A DNA stretch of 64,000 bases, from positions 86,057-150,056 of the forward strand of contig JASFQK010000012.1 of assembly GCA_050115495.1 (NCBI GenBank), written 5' to 3'. This DNA comes from Phycisphaerae bacterium (lineage in GTDB: Bacteria; Planctomycetota; Phycisphaerae; UBA1845; Fen-1342). This document shows, piece after piece, positions 9,794 through 20,500 of this stretch. A program made the position numbers and the translations under genes. Below the pieces are notes generated by a model. The model worked only from the letters and a program-made list of their open reading frames with translations, was not told the DNA's origin and searched no databases. Position 1 is the first letter of the stretch. Every line of letters starts with the position of its first letter.

Positions 9794-10237
9794 ATGCCCA
9801 TGCAGCACCTCAACGCTGACGCCACGGCGGTCGTCAAGCTGGCCAACGATATCGCCCACGAATATGAGCAGGAGTACGTCGGCACTGAGCACGTGCTGCT
9901 CGCCATCCTGCGGCACAACGACTGCGGCGGCGCCCGCATCCTCTCCAGCATGGGCGTCGACGAGACCCGCGCCCGCGACATGGTCGACAAGCTCGTCCAG
10001 CGGGCCAAAGAGGATACGTGGGTTTTCGGCCGCCTCCCCGGCTCACCCAACTACCGCCGCGTCATCGAGCTCGCCATCGAGGAGGCCACCCGCCTCAATT
10101 CGAAACTGATCGGCAGCGAGCATCTCCTGCTCGGTCTGCTCCGCGAACGCGGCACGACCGGCCAGGCCGCTCTTGCCCACCTCGGCGTCAGCTACAAGTC
10201 CTGCCGCGATCAAATCGCCGGGCAGACGCACGACTGA
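9794..10237 (+). CDS. Stand-alone Clp protease N-terminal (Clp_N repeat) domain protein
   Basis: Two Clp_N repeats (YVGTEHVLLAIL and IGSEHLLLGLL) and no AAA domain. Confidence 0.85.
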   Translation: MPMQHLNADATAVVKLANDIAHEYEQEYVGTEHVLLAILRHNDCGGARILSSMGVDETRARDMVDKLVQRAKEDTWVFGRLPGSPNYRRVIELAIEEATRLNSKLIGSEHLLLGLLRERGTTGQAALAHLGVSYKSCRDQIAGQTHD

Positions 10238-10254
10238 GGCTCCCCGCCCCCCGT

Positions 10255-11178
10255 CTATTCCCCGCTCGCGTCCAAGAACTCCAGGACGTCATCCACCACC
10301 GCGTGCATACGCGCCCAGCCGCCATGTGTCCGAGCCGCCACATGCGGCGTCAGGAGGCACCGTTCGCACGCGAACAGCCGATGCCCCGCTGGTAGCGGCT
10401 CCGGCTCCGTCACGTCCAGCGCCGCCCCCGCCAACCGCCCGTTCCCCACAGCGTCCGCCAGCGCCTCCGTCTCCACGACGGCCCCGCGTGACGTGTTGAT
10501 CAGGCGAGCCCCAGGCTTCATTTGCCCCAGCACATCCGCGCCGACCAGTCCCCGCGTCGCCGGCGTGAGCGGTACGTGCAGGCTCACGATGTCGCTTGCC
10601 GCCCACAGCGTATCCTTGTCCACCGCCACCGCCGGATACGCGAACGGCCCCACGTCGACGATGTCGTTGTACAGCACGCGCGCCCCGAACCCCGCCGCAC
10701 AGATTCGTCCAACGCGTGACCCGATCCGCCCCATCCCCACAATGCCGACCGTCAGCGTCGCCAACTCCACCCCATGCGGCTGCTCCCGCGCCGCCCGGTA
10801 CTGCCCCGCCGCATACGCCGCCCCCAGCCGCCCCGTTGGCCGCAGCAGCTCCAGCATCAGCGCCACGGCCAACTCGGCGACGGCATCCGCCGCTGCCGCC
10901 GGCGTGTTCACCACGGCGATGCCCAGCTCCTTCGCCGCCTCAATGTCGACGTTGTCTACTCCCACGCCGGCCACGCCCACGACCCGCAGTCGCCCGCCGG
11001 CGGCGAGCACCGCTCGCGTGATCTTCGTCGCCGTCCGCGCGACGATCGCGTCGCAATCCGCCACCGCAGCGCACAGTGCCGTCTCACCTTCCCCCGTCGG
11101 CCGCACGACTTCCGCACCAGCGGCCAGCCGCCCCTCGGCGTCAGGATTCAACGGCCCTGTAAGCAGGATCTTCCACAC
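10255..11178 (-). CDS. D-isomer 2-hydroxyacid dehydrogenase (SerA-like, no ACT domain)
   Basis: GVGVDNVD, GIVGMGRIG, SLHVPLT, INTSRG, ALDV..PEP and TPHVA. Start is uncertain (GTG 11178 or upstream 11202). Confidence 0.85.
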   Translation of the reverse strand: MWKILLTGPLNPDAEGRLAAGAEVVRPTGEGETALCAAVADCDAIVARTATKITRAVLAAGGRLRVVGVAGVGVDNVDIEAAKELGIAVVNTPAAAADAVAELAVALMLELLRPTGRLGAAYAAGQYRAAREQPHGVELATLTVGIVGMGRIGSRVGRICAAGFGARVLYNDIVDVGPFAYPAVAVDKDTLWAASDIVSLHVPLTPATRGLVGADVLGQMKPGARLINTSRGAVVETEALADAVGNGRLAGAALDVTEPEPLPAGHRLFACERCLLTPHVAARTHGGWARMHAVVDDVLEFLDASGE

Positions 11179-11254
11179 AGCGCAATTCCCGCGCGTCACC
11201 AACCACCGCAGCCGCCACCGGCCACGCGCCCGCGATTATGCCCCCGCCCCGCAG

Positions 11255-11409
11255 AATCCGAAATCTCAAATCTGAGATCTCAAATTTGGAATTTCAGATT
11301 CGACGGCCACGCCTCCCCGTCCGCATTGCGACAACCAGCCGCCCCGCCCGTACCACAGCAAGTGCCCGCGGCGCAGTATCTGAGATCTGAAATCGGAGAT
11401 CTCAAATCT
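11255..11409. repeat. Two tracts of degenerate 7-bp repeats (ATCTCAA/ATCTGAG/ATCTGAA type)
   Basis: aatccgaaatctcaaatctgagatctcaaatttggaatttcagattc (11255-11301) and atctgagatctgaaatcggagatctcaaatct (11378-11409). Confidence 0.75.
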
Positions 11410-12517
11410 CTTCCAGCATTCGCCGCCGGAGCTGTCCGCATGCCGCGTCGATGTCCTTGCCGCGTGACGTGCGAATGTGGGCATTGACGCCCGCCGACCG
11501 CAGGCACTGCTGAAACGTGTGTGTCGCCTCACTGCCCGGCCGCCGGTACGGCAGCCCCGGCACGGGGTTATACCGCAGCAGGTTCACGTTGCAGCGCAAC
11601 CCGCGGGCGAGCTTCGCCAGCCGCCGGGCCTGCACCTCCGAGTCATTCACGCCGCCCAGCAGCACATACTCGAGCGTGATCTCCCGTCCCGTCTTGCGGA
11701 AGTACTCCGCGCACGCCGCCAGCACGTCGCCGATCGGCGCCTTCGCTCCCGGAATCAGCTCCTGCCGCAGCTCATCGTCCGCCGCATGCAGCGACACGGC
11801 GAGGTTGAGTTGCAGGTCCTCCCCGGCCAGCCGCCGAATCTGCCGCGGCAGCCCGACCGTGCTCAGCGTGATCCGCCGCGCCCCCAGTTCGAGCCCCCAC
11901 GGCGCGTTCAGAATGCGCACCGCCTTGATGACCTCGGCGTAGTTCGCCAGCGGTTCGCCCATGCCCATCAGCACGATGTTCGTCAGCCCCCGTCCGGTTA
12001 CCGCCCCGCCGGCGTGAATCAGCGTCTCCACGGCCAGTGCCTGCTCGACGATCTCCCCAGCCGTCAGGTTCCGCTCGAACCCGGCCTGCCCGCTCGCGCA
12101 GAATTTGCAGCCTATCGGGCAGCCGATTTGCGACGACAGACACGCCGTGTTCCGCGACGCCTCCGGAATCCACACCGTCTCGCACGTCGTCCCGTCCGGC
12201 CAGGTGATGAGCAGCTTCCGCGTCCCGTCGCTGGAGACGAGCTCGCGAGCGATTTGCCCCCGGCGGATGAAGGCTTCGCCGGCCAGCCGCGTCCGCAGGA
12301 CCCGCGGCAGGTTGCTCATCGCCTCGAAGTCCGCCGCGCCCTTGGCGTAGATCCAATCGAGAATCTGCCCGGCCCGGTACGCCGGCTCGCCGCGGGCTTC
12401 CAGCCACGCCCGCAGTTCCTCGACGTACAGACCCGGCAGATGAACCGCGGCGACCGCGGAGGGGCCTGTGCCCGCTCCGTCCGGTCGCCGCGTCGGTTCA
12501 GACGGTCTCTCGTCCAT
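11402..12517 (-). CDS. rlmN: 23S rRNA (A2503) C2-methyltransferase RlmN (radical SAM)
   Basis: CLSSQIGCPIGCKFC, MGMGEP, AVSLHA, TLEYVLL and IDAACGQL. Confidence 0.93.
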   Translation of the reverse strand: MDERPSEPTRRPDGAGTGPSAVAAVHLPGLYVEELRAWLEARGEPAYRAGQILDWIYAKGAADFEAMSNLPRVLRTRLAGEAFIRRGQIARELVSSDGTRKLLITWPDGTTCETVWIPEASRNTACLSSQIGCPIGCKFCASGQAGFERNLTAGEIVEQALAVETLIHAGGAVTGRGLTNIVLMGMGEPLANYAEVIKAVRILNAPWGLELGARRITLSTVGLPRQIRRLAGEDLQLNLAVSLHAADDELRQELIPGAKAPIGDVLAACAEYFRKTGREITLEYVLLGGVNDSEVQARRLAKLARGLRCNVNLLRYNPVPGLPYRRPGSEATHTFQQCLRSAGVNAHIRTSRGKDIDAACGQLRRRMLEEI

Positions 12518-12524
12518 CAAGCCC

Positions 12525-14792
12525 TTATGGTTCCAGCAGGAGCGTGATAAACGGACTGATGTCGAAGTTGTCGACGCTGCCGTCGCCGTTGACGTCGGCG
12601 AGGTTGACGTCGCAAGTCGGATACGCCTCAGCGTAACCGGTCGGGTTGGTCACCGCCAGGATGAACGGCGAGATGTCGAAGTTGTCGACCGCCCCGTCGC
12701 AGTTCAGGTCGCCCGGCGCGAACGGGCACGGCAGCACCACCGCCGCCCGCACCGCGTCAATGCCGGCCTCGACCACGTCGCCCGGCGACAGGTCGCTGGC
12801 CGAGAACCGGATCCGCAACGTCGCCGTCGCCGGAACCTCCGTGCCGACCGCGATGCTGTCCGTCCGCCAGGCGCCGGCGGCCGTGTTGTACACCCGCACC
12901 GTCGTCCAGTTCGTGCCGGCGGCGTTCGTGGCCACCTGGACCGTCAGCGAGTCTTCCGCACCCATTTCGCCGGTCGGCACATCATTCACCCAGTAGGCGT
13001 ACGACAGCGTGCCGCCGTCGGTCATGTCGATCACCGGCGAAGTGAACGTTGTCGTGCCGTTGTCCACGTCCGAGTTCGAGTTGCCCGGATCGTTGTCCGT
13101 CAGGGCACAGCGGCCCGAGCCGTCGAAGTCCGCCGGCGGATCGCCACGGTCGTTGTCCACCGGCACGCCGATCTCCCATTGACCGTCCGTCGCGTCGCCG
13201 GAGACCGTCCAGCCCAGGTCCGTCTCGAAGTTGTCGTCGTACATGACGGCGACGTTCATCACCGGCGCGGTGTACGTGACGGACGGAGCCCCGCACGGGC
13301 TGCGGGCGATGCCCCCGCCGTTGCCCTCGGCGACCAGGTAGTACTCCAGCGTCGCCCCGCACGGCCCGCCGGGGATGTTCACGAGGTAGTCGTTCCCACC
13401 CTGCATCGCCAGCGATACCGGCGTGAACGACTGCGTCGGGTTGTACCGGTAGTACAGCTTGCCCGTCCCCGGCACGTACGTCTGCTGCCCCGCCGTGATC
13501 GTCACCGGCAGCACGGTCGCCTCGCCCGGCACCACGTAGTTCGGCGTGCCGTTCGGCAGGGAGATTACCACCGGCGTCGAGGCCCACTCGGTCAGGTGCA
13601 TGATCGCGGGCAGATACTCCTCACAGCTCGGTAGAATTTGGTCCGGCGGAAGCTGGAAGCCGTACTGCCCGGTATCCCGCAGCTCGAAGCTGAACGAGAT
13701 GCGGTCGGCGACGCCGTACGACCAGTCGATCGACCCTCCGTTGCACGCGTAGATCGTCGAGGCGATCGGCCCCTGTTCGAAGTACTTCCCATGCACGCTC
13801 TGAATGAGCTGCTGCATCGTCGCCCCGATCGTGTCGTAGGTCGTGTAGTCCGGCTCCGGCGGCAGGACGTAATCGTAGCCATACGGCCACAGGATGAGCT
13901 GCGAGTAGCTGTGGTTGTTGACATACGCCGTAATCTCCGGATGCGCGAGGATGAAGTCACGGATCGACTGCGTCTCCGGTTCGCTGAACGCCGACGGCCC
14001 GCGGTATGTCTCGTCCCACGTATACGGACTCGACCCGGAGTTGTCGTAGCCCCAGTGGAAGCCGAAGTTGCGGTTCAGGTCGACGCCCCAGCTTCCGTCG
14101 CCGTTGTTACGCCGGTTCTTCCGCCACATCCGGTCCGTGGTCCAGGTGTAGTTGTACCCGTCCGGGTTGACGCACGGCGCCAGGTAGAAGTGCGTGCGGT
14201 TCACCAGGTCGGTGATGCACGGGTCCACGCCGTAATTGCTCAGCAGGTGGTCCGCCAGGTACAGCACAACCGGCCCGGTGATCCACTCGCGGGCGTGGAT
14301 GAGCGCGTCATAGAAGACCGCCGGCTTCGGATCGGGATCAGTCCCGGTGATGTGCAGGGCCAGGATGTCCCGCCCTTCCACCGTATCGCCGATATCGATG
14401 ATCTCGCACAGCCCGGGATTCTCCGCCACGCGGGCCTGCATCCACGTCGTCATCTCGGCCAGCGACATGTAATGGTCCCAGTCGCTCCGCCCGTCGCCCT
14501 CGACCGGCTGCCGCGTTAGCGGCCCCAAGTCCTCGATCATCACCGAGTACTTCAGACCGGAGGCCTTCAGGGCCTCCAACCGGTCCGGCGGAATCCGGGC
14601 GTCCAGTTGCCCAATTCCGATATGCTCACTCCATATATCCGGACTGATGCTCAGCAGCAGGTCCAGTTCCGCCTTGTTGTGCACGTCCACCCGGACCACC
14701 TGGTGCCCCGTGTAGTCCACCCATTGCCCCAGAGCCGGGCAGGCCAGCAGCACCACAGCCAACAATAGACACGACAGCGTGCGGCACATCAT
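12525..14792 (-). CDS. Secreted M14 zinc carboxypeptidase with activation peptide and C-terminal dockerin-like tail
   Basis: Signal peptide, HAREW, NPDGY, WRKNRR, DLNRN, HSYSQ, FELR and terminal [16 protein letters not shown]...[16 protein letters not shown]. Confidence 0.9.
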   Translation of the reverse strand: MMCRTLSCLLLAVVLLACPALGQWVDYTGHQVVRVDVHNKAELDLLLSISPDIWSEHIGIGQLDARIPPDRLEALKASGLKYSVMIEDLGPLTRQPVEGDGRSDWDHYMSLAEMTTWMQARVAENPGLCEIIDIGDTVEGRDILALHITGTDPDPKPAVFYDALIHAREWITGPVVLYLADHLLSNYGVDPCITDLVNRTHFYLAPCVNPDGYNYTWTTDRMWRKNRRNNGDGSWGVDLNRNFGFHWGYDNSGSSPYTWDETYRGPSAFSEPETQSIRDFILAHPEITAYVNNHSYSQLILWPYGYDYVLPPEPDYTTYDTIGATMQQLIQSVHGKYFEQGPIASTIYACNGGSIDWSYGVADRISFSFELRDTGQYGFQLPPDQILPSCEEYLPAIMHLTEWASTPVVISLPNGTPNYVVPGEATVLPVTITAGQQTYVPGTGKLYYRYNPTQSFTPVSLAMQGGNDYLVNIPGGPCGATLEYYLVAEGNGGGIARSPCGAPSVTYTAPVMNVAVMYDDNFETDLGWTVSGDATDGQWEIGVPVDNDRGDPPADFDGSGRCALTDNDPGNSNSDVDNGTTTFTSPVIDMTDGGTLSYAYWVNDVPTGEMGAEDSLTVQVATNAAGTNWTTVRVYNTAAGAWRTDSIAVGTEVPATATLRIRFSASDLSPGDVVEAGIDAVRAAVVLPCPFAPGDLNCDGAVDNFDISPFILAVTNPTGYAEAYPTCDVNLADVNGDGSVDNFDISPFITLLLEP

Positions 14793-15094
14793 CTCCGGAT
14801 TCCTCCATTGGCATGAGTTCCCAGCGCGGCGAGCCTCTCGCCCCACCTCTCGCCTTCAGAAAGCCAGTTTACCGCGACGCACGTCGGCTGACCTGTGGAA
14901 AATTGTATCGCTGCCGACGATTTTCACCGGGTTGCGCTTGACATTATCGGTCTTTGACAGCGCCCCCATCGTCAGACTTCGCCGCCGACACGCCCGTCTT
15001 GCACCCGCCCCACCGCCGATCTATGCTCCGCCCCTTCGTGACTCTCCGTGAGTCCGTCCCCTGGTCCCCTGCACTGCCTGCGGAGGAGCTTGCG

Positions 15095-16018
15095 ATGGTC
15101 AGCGCCGGCGAGCGTCCCACGAACTACGATCCCGATCCCAACCTCAAGGTCTGGCTCAACGGCGACCTGATCTCCGCCGCCGACGCCAAGGTCAGCATCT
15201 TCGACCACGGCCTCCTCTACGGCGACGGCATCTTCGAGGGCATCCGCAGCTACAACGGCCGGATTTTCGAGACGCAGGCCCACCTCGAGCGTTTCTTCGA
15301 ATCCGCCCGGTCCCTCCTGATCGAGCTGCCCTACACCGCCGCCGAACTCGACCAGGCCATGCACGCCACGCTCGAGGCCAACGGCCTGCTCGACCCGGCC
15401 AAGGACGCATACATCCGCCTGGTCGCCACGCGTGGCGTCGGTCTGCTGGGCATGTCGCCCGAACGGGCCGGCCGGCCGAACGTCTTCGTCATCGGCACGC
15501 CGCTGGGCATCTACCGCGCCGACGTGTACGAGAAGGGTCTGCGGGCGGTCATCAGCTCGGTCGTCCGCAACCACCCCAACGCGATGCCGCCGCGGATCAA
15601 GTCGCTCAACTACCTGAACAACATCCTGGCCAAGATCGAGCAGCACCAGCGCGGCGCCGACGAAGCCATCATGCTTAACCATCTCGGCCACGTCGCCGAG
15701 GCCACCGCCGACAACGTTTTCATCGTTCGCGGCGGCCAGTTGTGCACGCCGCCCGTCTCGGCCTCACTGCTCGAAGGCATCACGCGGGCGAACGTCATCC
15801 GCCTGGCCCGCGAAGCCGGTCTCGAGGTCATCGAGCGCAACCTCGAACGCGTCGACCTGTACACCGCTCGCGAGTGCTTCCTCACCGGCACCGCCGCCGA
15901 AGTCGTCCCGGTGATCGAGATCGACGGTCGTCCCATCGGCGACGGCCAGGTCGGCCCGATAACCCGCGACATCATGGCGGCCTACACGCGCCTCGTCCGC
16001 CACACCCCGGCCGACTAA
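15095..16018 (+). CDS. ilvE: Branched-chain amino acid aminotransferase (class IV)
   Basis: GGAGGAG RBS, FDHGLLYGDGIFEGIR, IKSLNYLNNIL, LLEGITR and FLTGTAAE. Confidence 0.9.
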   Translation: MVSAGERPTNYDPDPNLKVWLNGDLISAADAKVSIFDHGLLYGDGIFEGIRSYNGRIFETQAHLERFFESARSLLIELPYTAAELDQAMHATLEANGLLDPAKDAYIRLVATRGVGLLGMSPERAGRPNVFVIGTPLGIYRADVYEKGLRAVISSVVRNHPNAMPPRIKSLNYLNNILAKIEQHQRGADEAIMLNHLGHVAEATADNVFIVRGGQLCTPPVSASLLEGITRANVIRLAREAGLEVIERNLERVDLYTARECFLTGTAAEVVPVIEIDGRPIGDGQVGPITRDIMAAYTRLVRHTPAD

Positions 16019-16041
16019 CCGCCGCCGGCATCGAGCGCCCG

Positions 16042-16120
16042 TTATTTCCCGAGCAGCATCTGCACGAACGGGCTGATGTCGACGTTGTTCACTGCTTCGG
16101 TCGGGTCAGTTACGGCATGC
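16042..16120 (-). pseudogene. Orphan remnant of a dockerin-like C-terminal tail
   Basis: The minus strand reads HAVTDPTEAVNNVDISPFVQMLLGK-stop, matching the tail consensus of five genes in the window, but no credible upstream coding region is present. Confidence 0.5.
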
Positions 16121-16725
16121 TGACGGCGCGGTTGGCTCGACGCGTCGCCGACAAGCGTCTGTGACGCATCGTCCGGGCGTTGCTGAACGCCCGGCCGGTG
16201 CATGACGGCGCGTGCATCGAGTGGTACGAACGGGCGCCGCGGGATGGGTGGCTGTCGTCGCTGCTGGCAGGCTGTGCATTGAGCCTTGCGTCGACGAGGC
16301 TTCAACTACTCAACTAACACATCCGCCAGACCACCCCAGACAGAACTGAGGCGTCGCGTTGAGTTGGATGAACTCCGAGCTACACGTGCTGGTGATCGGC
16401 TGCGTGACCTATTCGTGGTATGCCGCCCGTCGCGGGTACCCTCTGCGGCTGGACGAATGCCGCACTCGCCGCCGGCTACGCAGACAACGTGCCCGTGGGC
16501 GTCCGCCGCTAGCCTTGAAGCGACCTGGCAATTCCAAAGAGACACTACTTGACTTGTCTTGTCGGGAGCGGTTACGGATCGACCAATGTAGCCCACTGGG
16601 GCGATCTTTCCCTTGAGTAGCCTACAAGAATTCTGTTAAGGTACAGGAGTAATGGGGTGGGCAGTTGTCCGGCCGCGCTGGCTGGCACACCTCAACGACT
16701 GAACGCTGAGAGAGGAGGAATGAGT

Positions 16726-17475
16726 ATGGGAATCAGGAAGTTGTGTGTGATTGCATGTACCCTGGGCATGCTCTCTACGGCTGCCTGGGCGGACATGCTG
16801 ATCGCATCGTCGCCTGCCGAGGGTCAGCTCTGGAACGATGACATCGCCGCCAAGATGCTGGCTACCGGCAAGATCACTGAGAACATCGACTTCTACGACA
16901 TCCGTACGGGAACACCAACGCTTGGGGACCTCCTGGCGTACAGCGCTGTCATGTGCTTCACCGATTCCCTGGCCGCCGACCCGAACGCCTTGGGCGATGT
17001 CCTGGCCGACTACGTGGATGCCGGTGGCGGCGTCGTTCAGGCCTGGGCGTCCAATCTGGCCGGCTATGGGATTGCGGGGCGTTGGCTGAGCGGCGGCTAC
17101 GCGCCGTTCGTCTACGGCAACTTCGGTGGCGGACAAGAGACGATCGGCACGCGCCACGTGCCCGCTCACCCCACGCTGCTGGACGTTGATACGTTCGACG
17201 GCGGCAGCGCCGGCTTCCGCTCCACGGGGCCGGTGCAGACCTACGCGATTGCCATCGCTGACTGGTCTGGAGGTGACCCGCTGATTGCCGAGACCCCCGG
17301 CAAGAACGGCCGGATCATCGGATTGAACATGTTCCCGCCCTCCAGCGACGTGCGCAGCGATCTCTGGGTGGCCAGCACGGATGGCGGCCATATGATGGCC
17401 AATGCGATGGTCTACGTGCCAGAGCCAGCCTCCATTCTTCTGCTCACCGCGCTGATGCTCCTGCGCCGACGCTAG
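16726..17475 (+). CDS. PEP-CTERM sorting-domain protein
   Basis: GAGGAGG RBS, signal peptide (…STAAWA) and C-terminal VPEPASILLLTALMLLRRR. Start could be 16720. Confidence 0.88.
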   Translation: MGIRKLCVIACTLGMLSTAAWADMLIASSPAEGQLWNDDIAAKMLATGKITENIDFYDIRTGTPTLGDLLAYSAVMCFTDSLAADPNALGDVLADYVDAGGGVVQAWASNLAGYGIAGRWLSGGYAPFVYGNFGGGQETIGTRHVPAHPTLLDVDTFDGGSAGFRSTGPVQTYAIAIADWSGGDPLIAETPGKNGRIIGLNMFPPSSDVRSDLWVASTDGGHMMANAMVYVPEPASILLLTALMLLRRR

Positions 17476-17502
17476 CGGCGTTGCGGTGAGAGTGGTATTC
17501 AC

Positions 17503-17537
17503 GAAGACCGCGCACACAGCGCGGTCTTCTTGTCTTT
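17503..17537 (+). terminator. Intrinsic terminator between convergent genes
   Basis: GAAGACCGCGC-acaca-GCGCGGTCTTC followed by ttgtcttt. Confidence 0.6.
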
Positions 17538-17580
17538 CGGGGGCGTCAGGGATGTTGTGCTTGCAGACGTTGACCGCCGC

Positions 17581-20500
17581 CTACTCCGGCGCCAGCAGCC
17601 TCACGAACGGCGTGATGTCGAAGTTGTCCACTGCGCCGTCGCCGTTGATGTCGGCGTTGAACCGCTCGCATCCCGGGAAGTCGGCGGCATACATCTCCGG
17701 GTGGCCCACTGCCTTCACGAACGGGCTGATGTCGAAGTTGTTGACGTCGCCGTCGCAGTTCAGATCACCCGGCAGCAGCGGCCGCAGGTAGAGGTCGTCG
17801 TAGTAGAGCGCCGTCGACGTGTTCGCGTACAGATCGACCGCCGCGATGTCCAGCACGCCGCCGCCACCGCCGAAGACACCGGCCGTCCACGACGCCGCTG
17901 TGCCGAGCTGGACGCCGTCGTAATACGTGCGGTACCAGTCCTCGTTCAGGTCAATCAGCACGTCGATCTTCACCCACTGGTCCGTGATCAGCGGCATCGA
18001 CACGGGTGTCTCCTGATCGCGAATGAACGACCCCGTCACCGAATCCGCGTGCAGTTGCACCGACCAATGGTACGGCCCACCGTCGTTGTAAGTGTTCAGC
18101 AGGATAAAGTACGAGCCGCAGTTGTCGCTCGCGTCACAGCCCGACTCGAAGTCCGCCGGAACGTACTGCCACGTGGTGAACATCCAACGCGCGGCTGGTG
18201 CATCGAGTTCGTGCACGAGGTCTGCCGCTCCTTCCACCATCACCGAGTGGAACGGCGTGCGCTTCTCGGCATCCGTCACGATGGCGTCGGCGGCCGGGTT
18301 GTTGTCCCAGCCCTTCCAGCCATAGATGTCCTGCAGCCCCGCGCCGACGTCGTGGAAATCGAACGCATCGTGCCAGTGATCTGCCCACCACGTGCTGCTC
18401 GACATGGCGAAGTTGTCGATCGCCACCGCCCCTCCACTGCCGTTCGCGAACATCAGCCAGTGCACCTCCTGCCACGCCGGCGGCGGAACCACGTCATACG
18501 TCAAATGCACACGCTCCCAACCCGCCTCCAGCACCTCGACCTCCTCGTGCAGGTTCTCGATCGCACTCTCCGGCGGCAGCACCGGTTCGCAGAAGACGGT
18601 ACCTCCGCCGCTGTACCGATCGAACTGACACGAGACATGCTCGCGGCCGTCGAGCTCGGCTTCATCGTCGAAGTGCACCATCAGCTTCCCGTCCGCCGGG
18701 AACTCGCCCGGCAGCCCCAGCACGCCGCGATGATCCGTCACCTCCGGTAACCATTCCGGCGGAAACGTCCCGAGTCGGTCCCACAGCGTCCCCTCGTACC
18801 ATGTCGGCAACACTTCGTAGTGCGCCTCTGGCGGCCACTCCGTCGAGTTGAAGTAGTAATACGCCGCCTCGCTCTTCTCCGTCTGCTCCGGCGGCACGCC
18901 CTCTGGCTCGGTCGACTTGTCCTTCGGCTCACCCGTCGTGTCGATCGTGATGTTGTCGATGAAGATGAAGCTACCGGCGCCCGACCCCGTCTTCAGCGTG
19001 AAGGTGACGTTCTCGAACGGCGGCACCGGCACCAGGTCCATCTCCCACGTGCAATGCAACGAGCCATCCGCATTGGCCGTCTCGCCCGTTACCTGCGGCG
19101 TGAACGCGGCCGGCGGTCGGGTGTCTTCGCCGGGCGGCGGTTGTACGACCACGTTCCACGCGTCGTCCGTCGGGTCGCAGGCCATGATGTCGGCCGTGAT
19201 CACCACATGCTGCTTTTCCGCCAGGCTGTCCGTGTTGAACACGTGGGCCGTCAGCGTGGCCGTCTCCAACGGCCCCATCACGCCCCAGAAACCCTGCTTG
19301 TCCGGCCACGCCGGGTCGCTGTAGTAGTGCATTAGTGGCCCGCCGCACGTCCACTCTGGCCACGAGACCTGCGCCGGCACATATCCCGGCGTCGCCGATC
19401 CCGGCAGCCACGTTGCCGCAAAGCCGTAGCCCACGGCTGTCCTCACTGCCCAGTCGGCGGGCGGCTCTGTCCCCATGGCCACCGGCCCGCTCGTCAGTAC
19501 CATCGCGTCGAACACGAACGGTCCGCTCGGCTCGCCGACGGCCTCGATGGTCAGGTGATTCTCACCCTCCCGAAAGCTCTCCCACGCCACCGGCAGCGTC
19601 AGCTCGCCGGTCAGAATCCCCGGCGGCAGCGGGATCGGGTCATCGTTCAGACGGACAATCCAAAACCCACTGTCGATGGGAAACAGCAACGTCAGGTCGA
19701 GCTCCGGCTCCTCCCACTCCTCTGGCGGCGGGGGCGGCGGCTTCTCCTTGGGCCACGGCGGCCACGGCGGCGGCGGCTTCCAGATGATCGTGTCCAGGAA
19801 GTTGGGCACGACGTACGGCGGCGGCTGACCCTGCGCGATCAGGTGTTCGACCACGTCGACCACGAAGCCGCCGTGGTCGGTGAAGTGCAGCAGGAGTTGC
19901 GTGTTCGCGTCGAGGTTGGCGCACGCCGCACTGATCGCGTCCAGCAGATCCTGCCTCGTTCCGTTCGGCAGCACCTGCATGGTGCACGGCGCACCGCCGT
20001 AAAGGCCCGTCAGCGCGGCCTGCATATTATCCATGTCGTTGTAGTACGCCGGCTGATCCATCCGGCCGCCGAACAGGATGACTTCGTGGCTGGTCCCGGG
20101 GGCATTCCAGACGATGTTCTGACCACCGTTGCCGCCGGTGACCACCGGGTTTTCCGCCTGTTCGTGATACGGTCCGGCCTCGTCGTGTTGCACGGCGGTG
20201 GTCAGATCCGCCAGCACGTTGTTCGAGCCGGCGTCGAGCATCGCGCCCGGCGTCGGATCCCAGTGCCCGCTCTGTGGCCCGGCCAGCGCGCTCGTGAGCT
20301 TCGAGCCCAGGTTCGCCGTGGGGTCCTCGCACCACTCCGCCCGGAACGCCCACGCGTACTCGTACCACTGCGCTGCCGACGCGAACATCCACGGCACGCC
20401 CGGACACGGCCCCGTCGGACCGAAGATGAACGTGATCTCGGTCTCAAACCCGCCGCCGTAGCATGTGTTCAGAATGATCTTCACGTCCGCGACCTGCCCG

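Noticed and set aside
16306..16616. Small ORFs on either strand between ilvE and the PEP-CTERM gene
   Set aside because: No RBS, codon bias or motif support for any frame.
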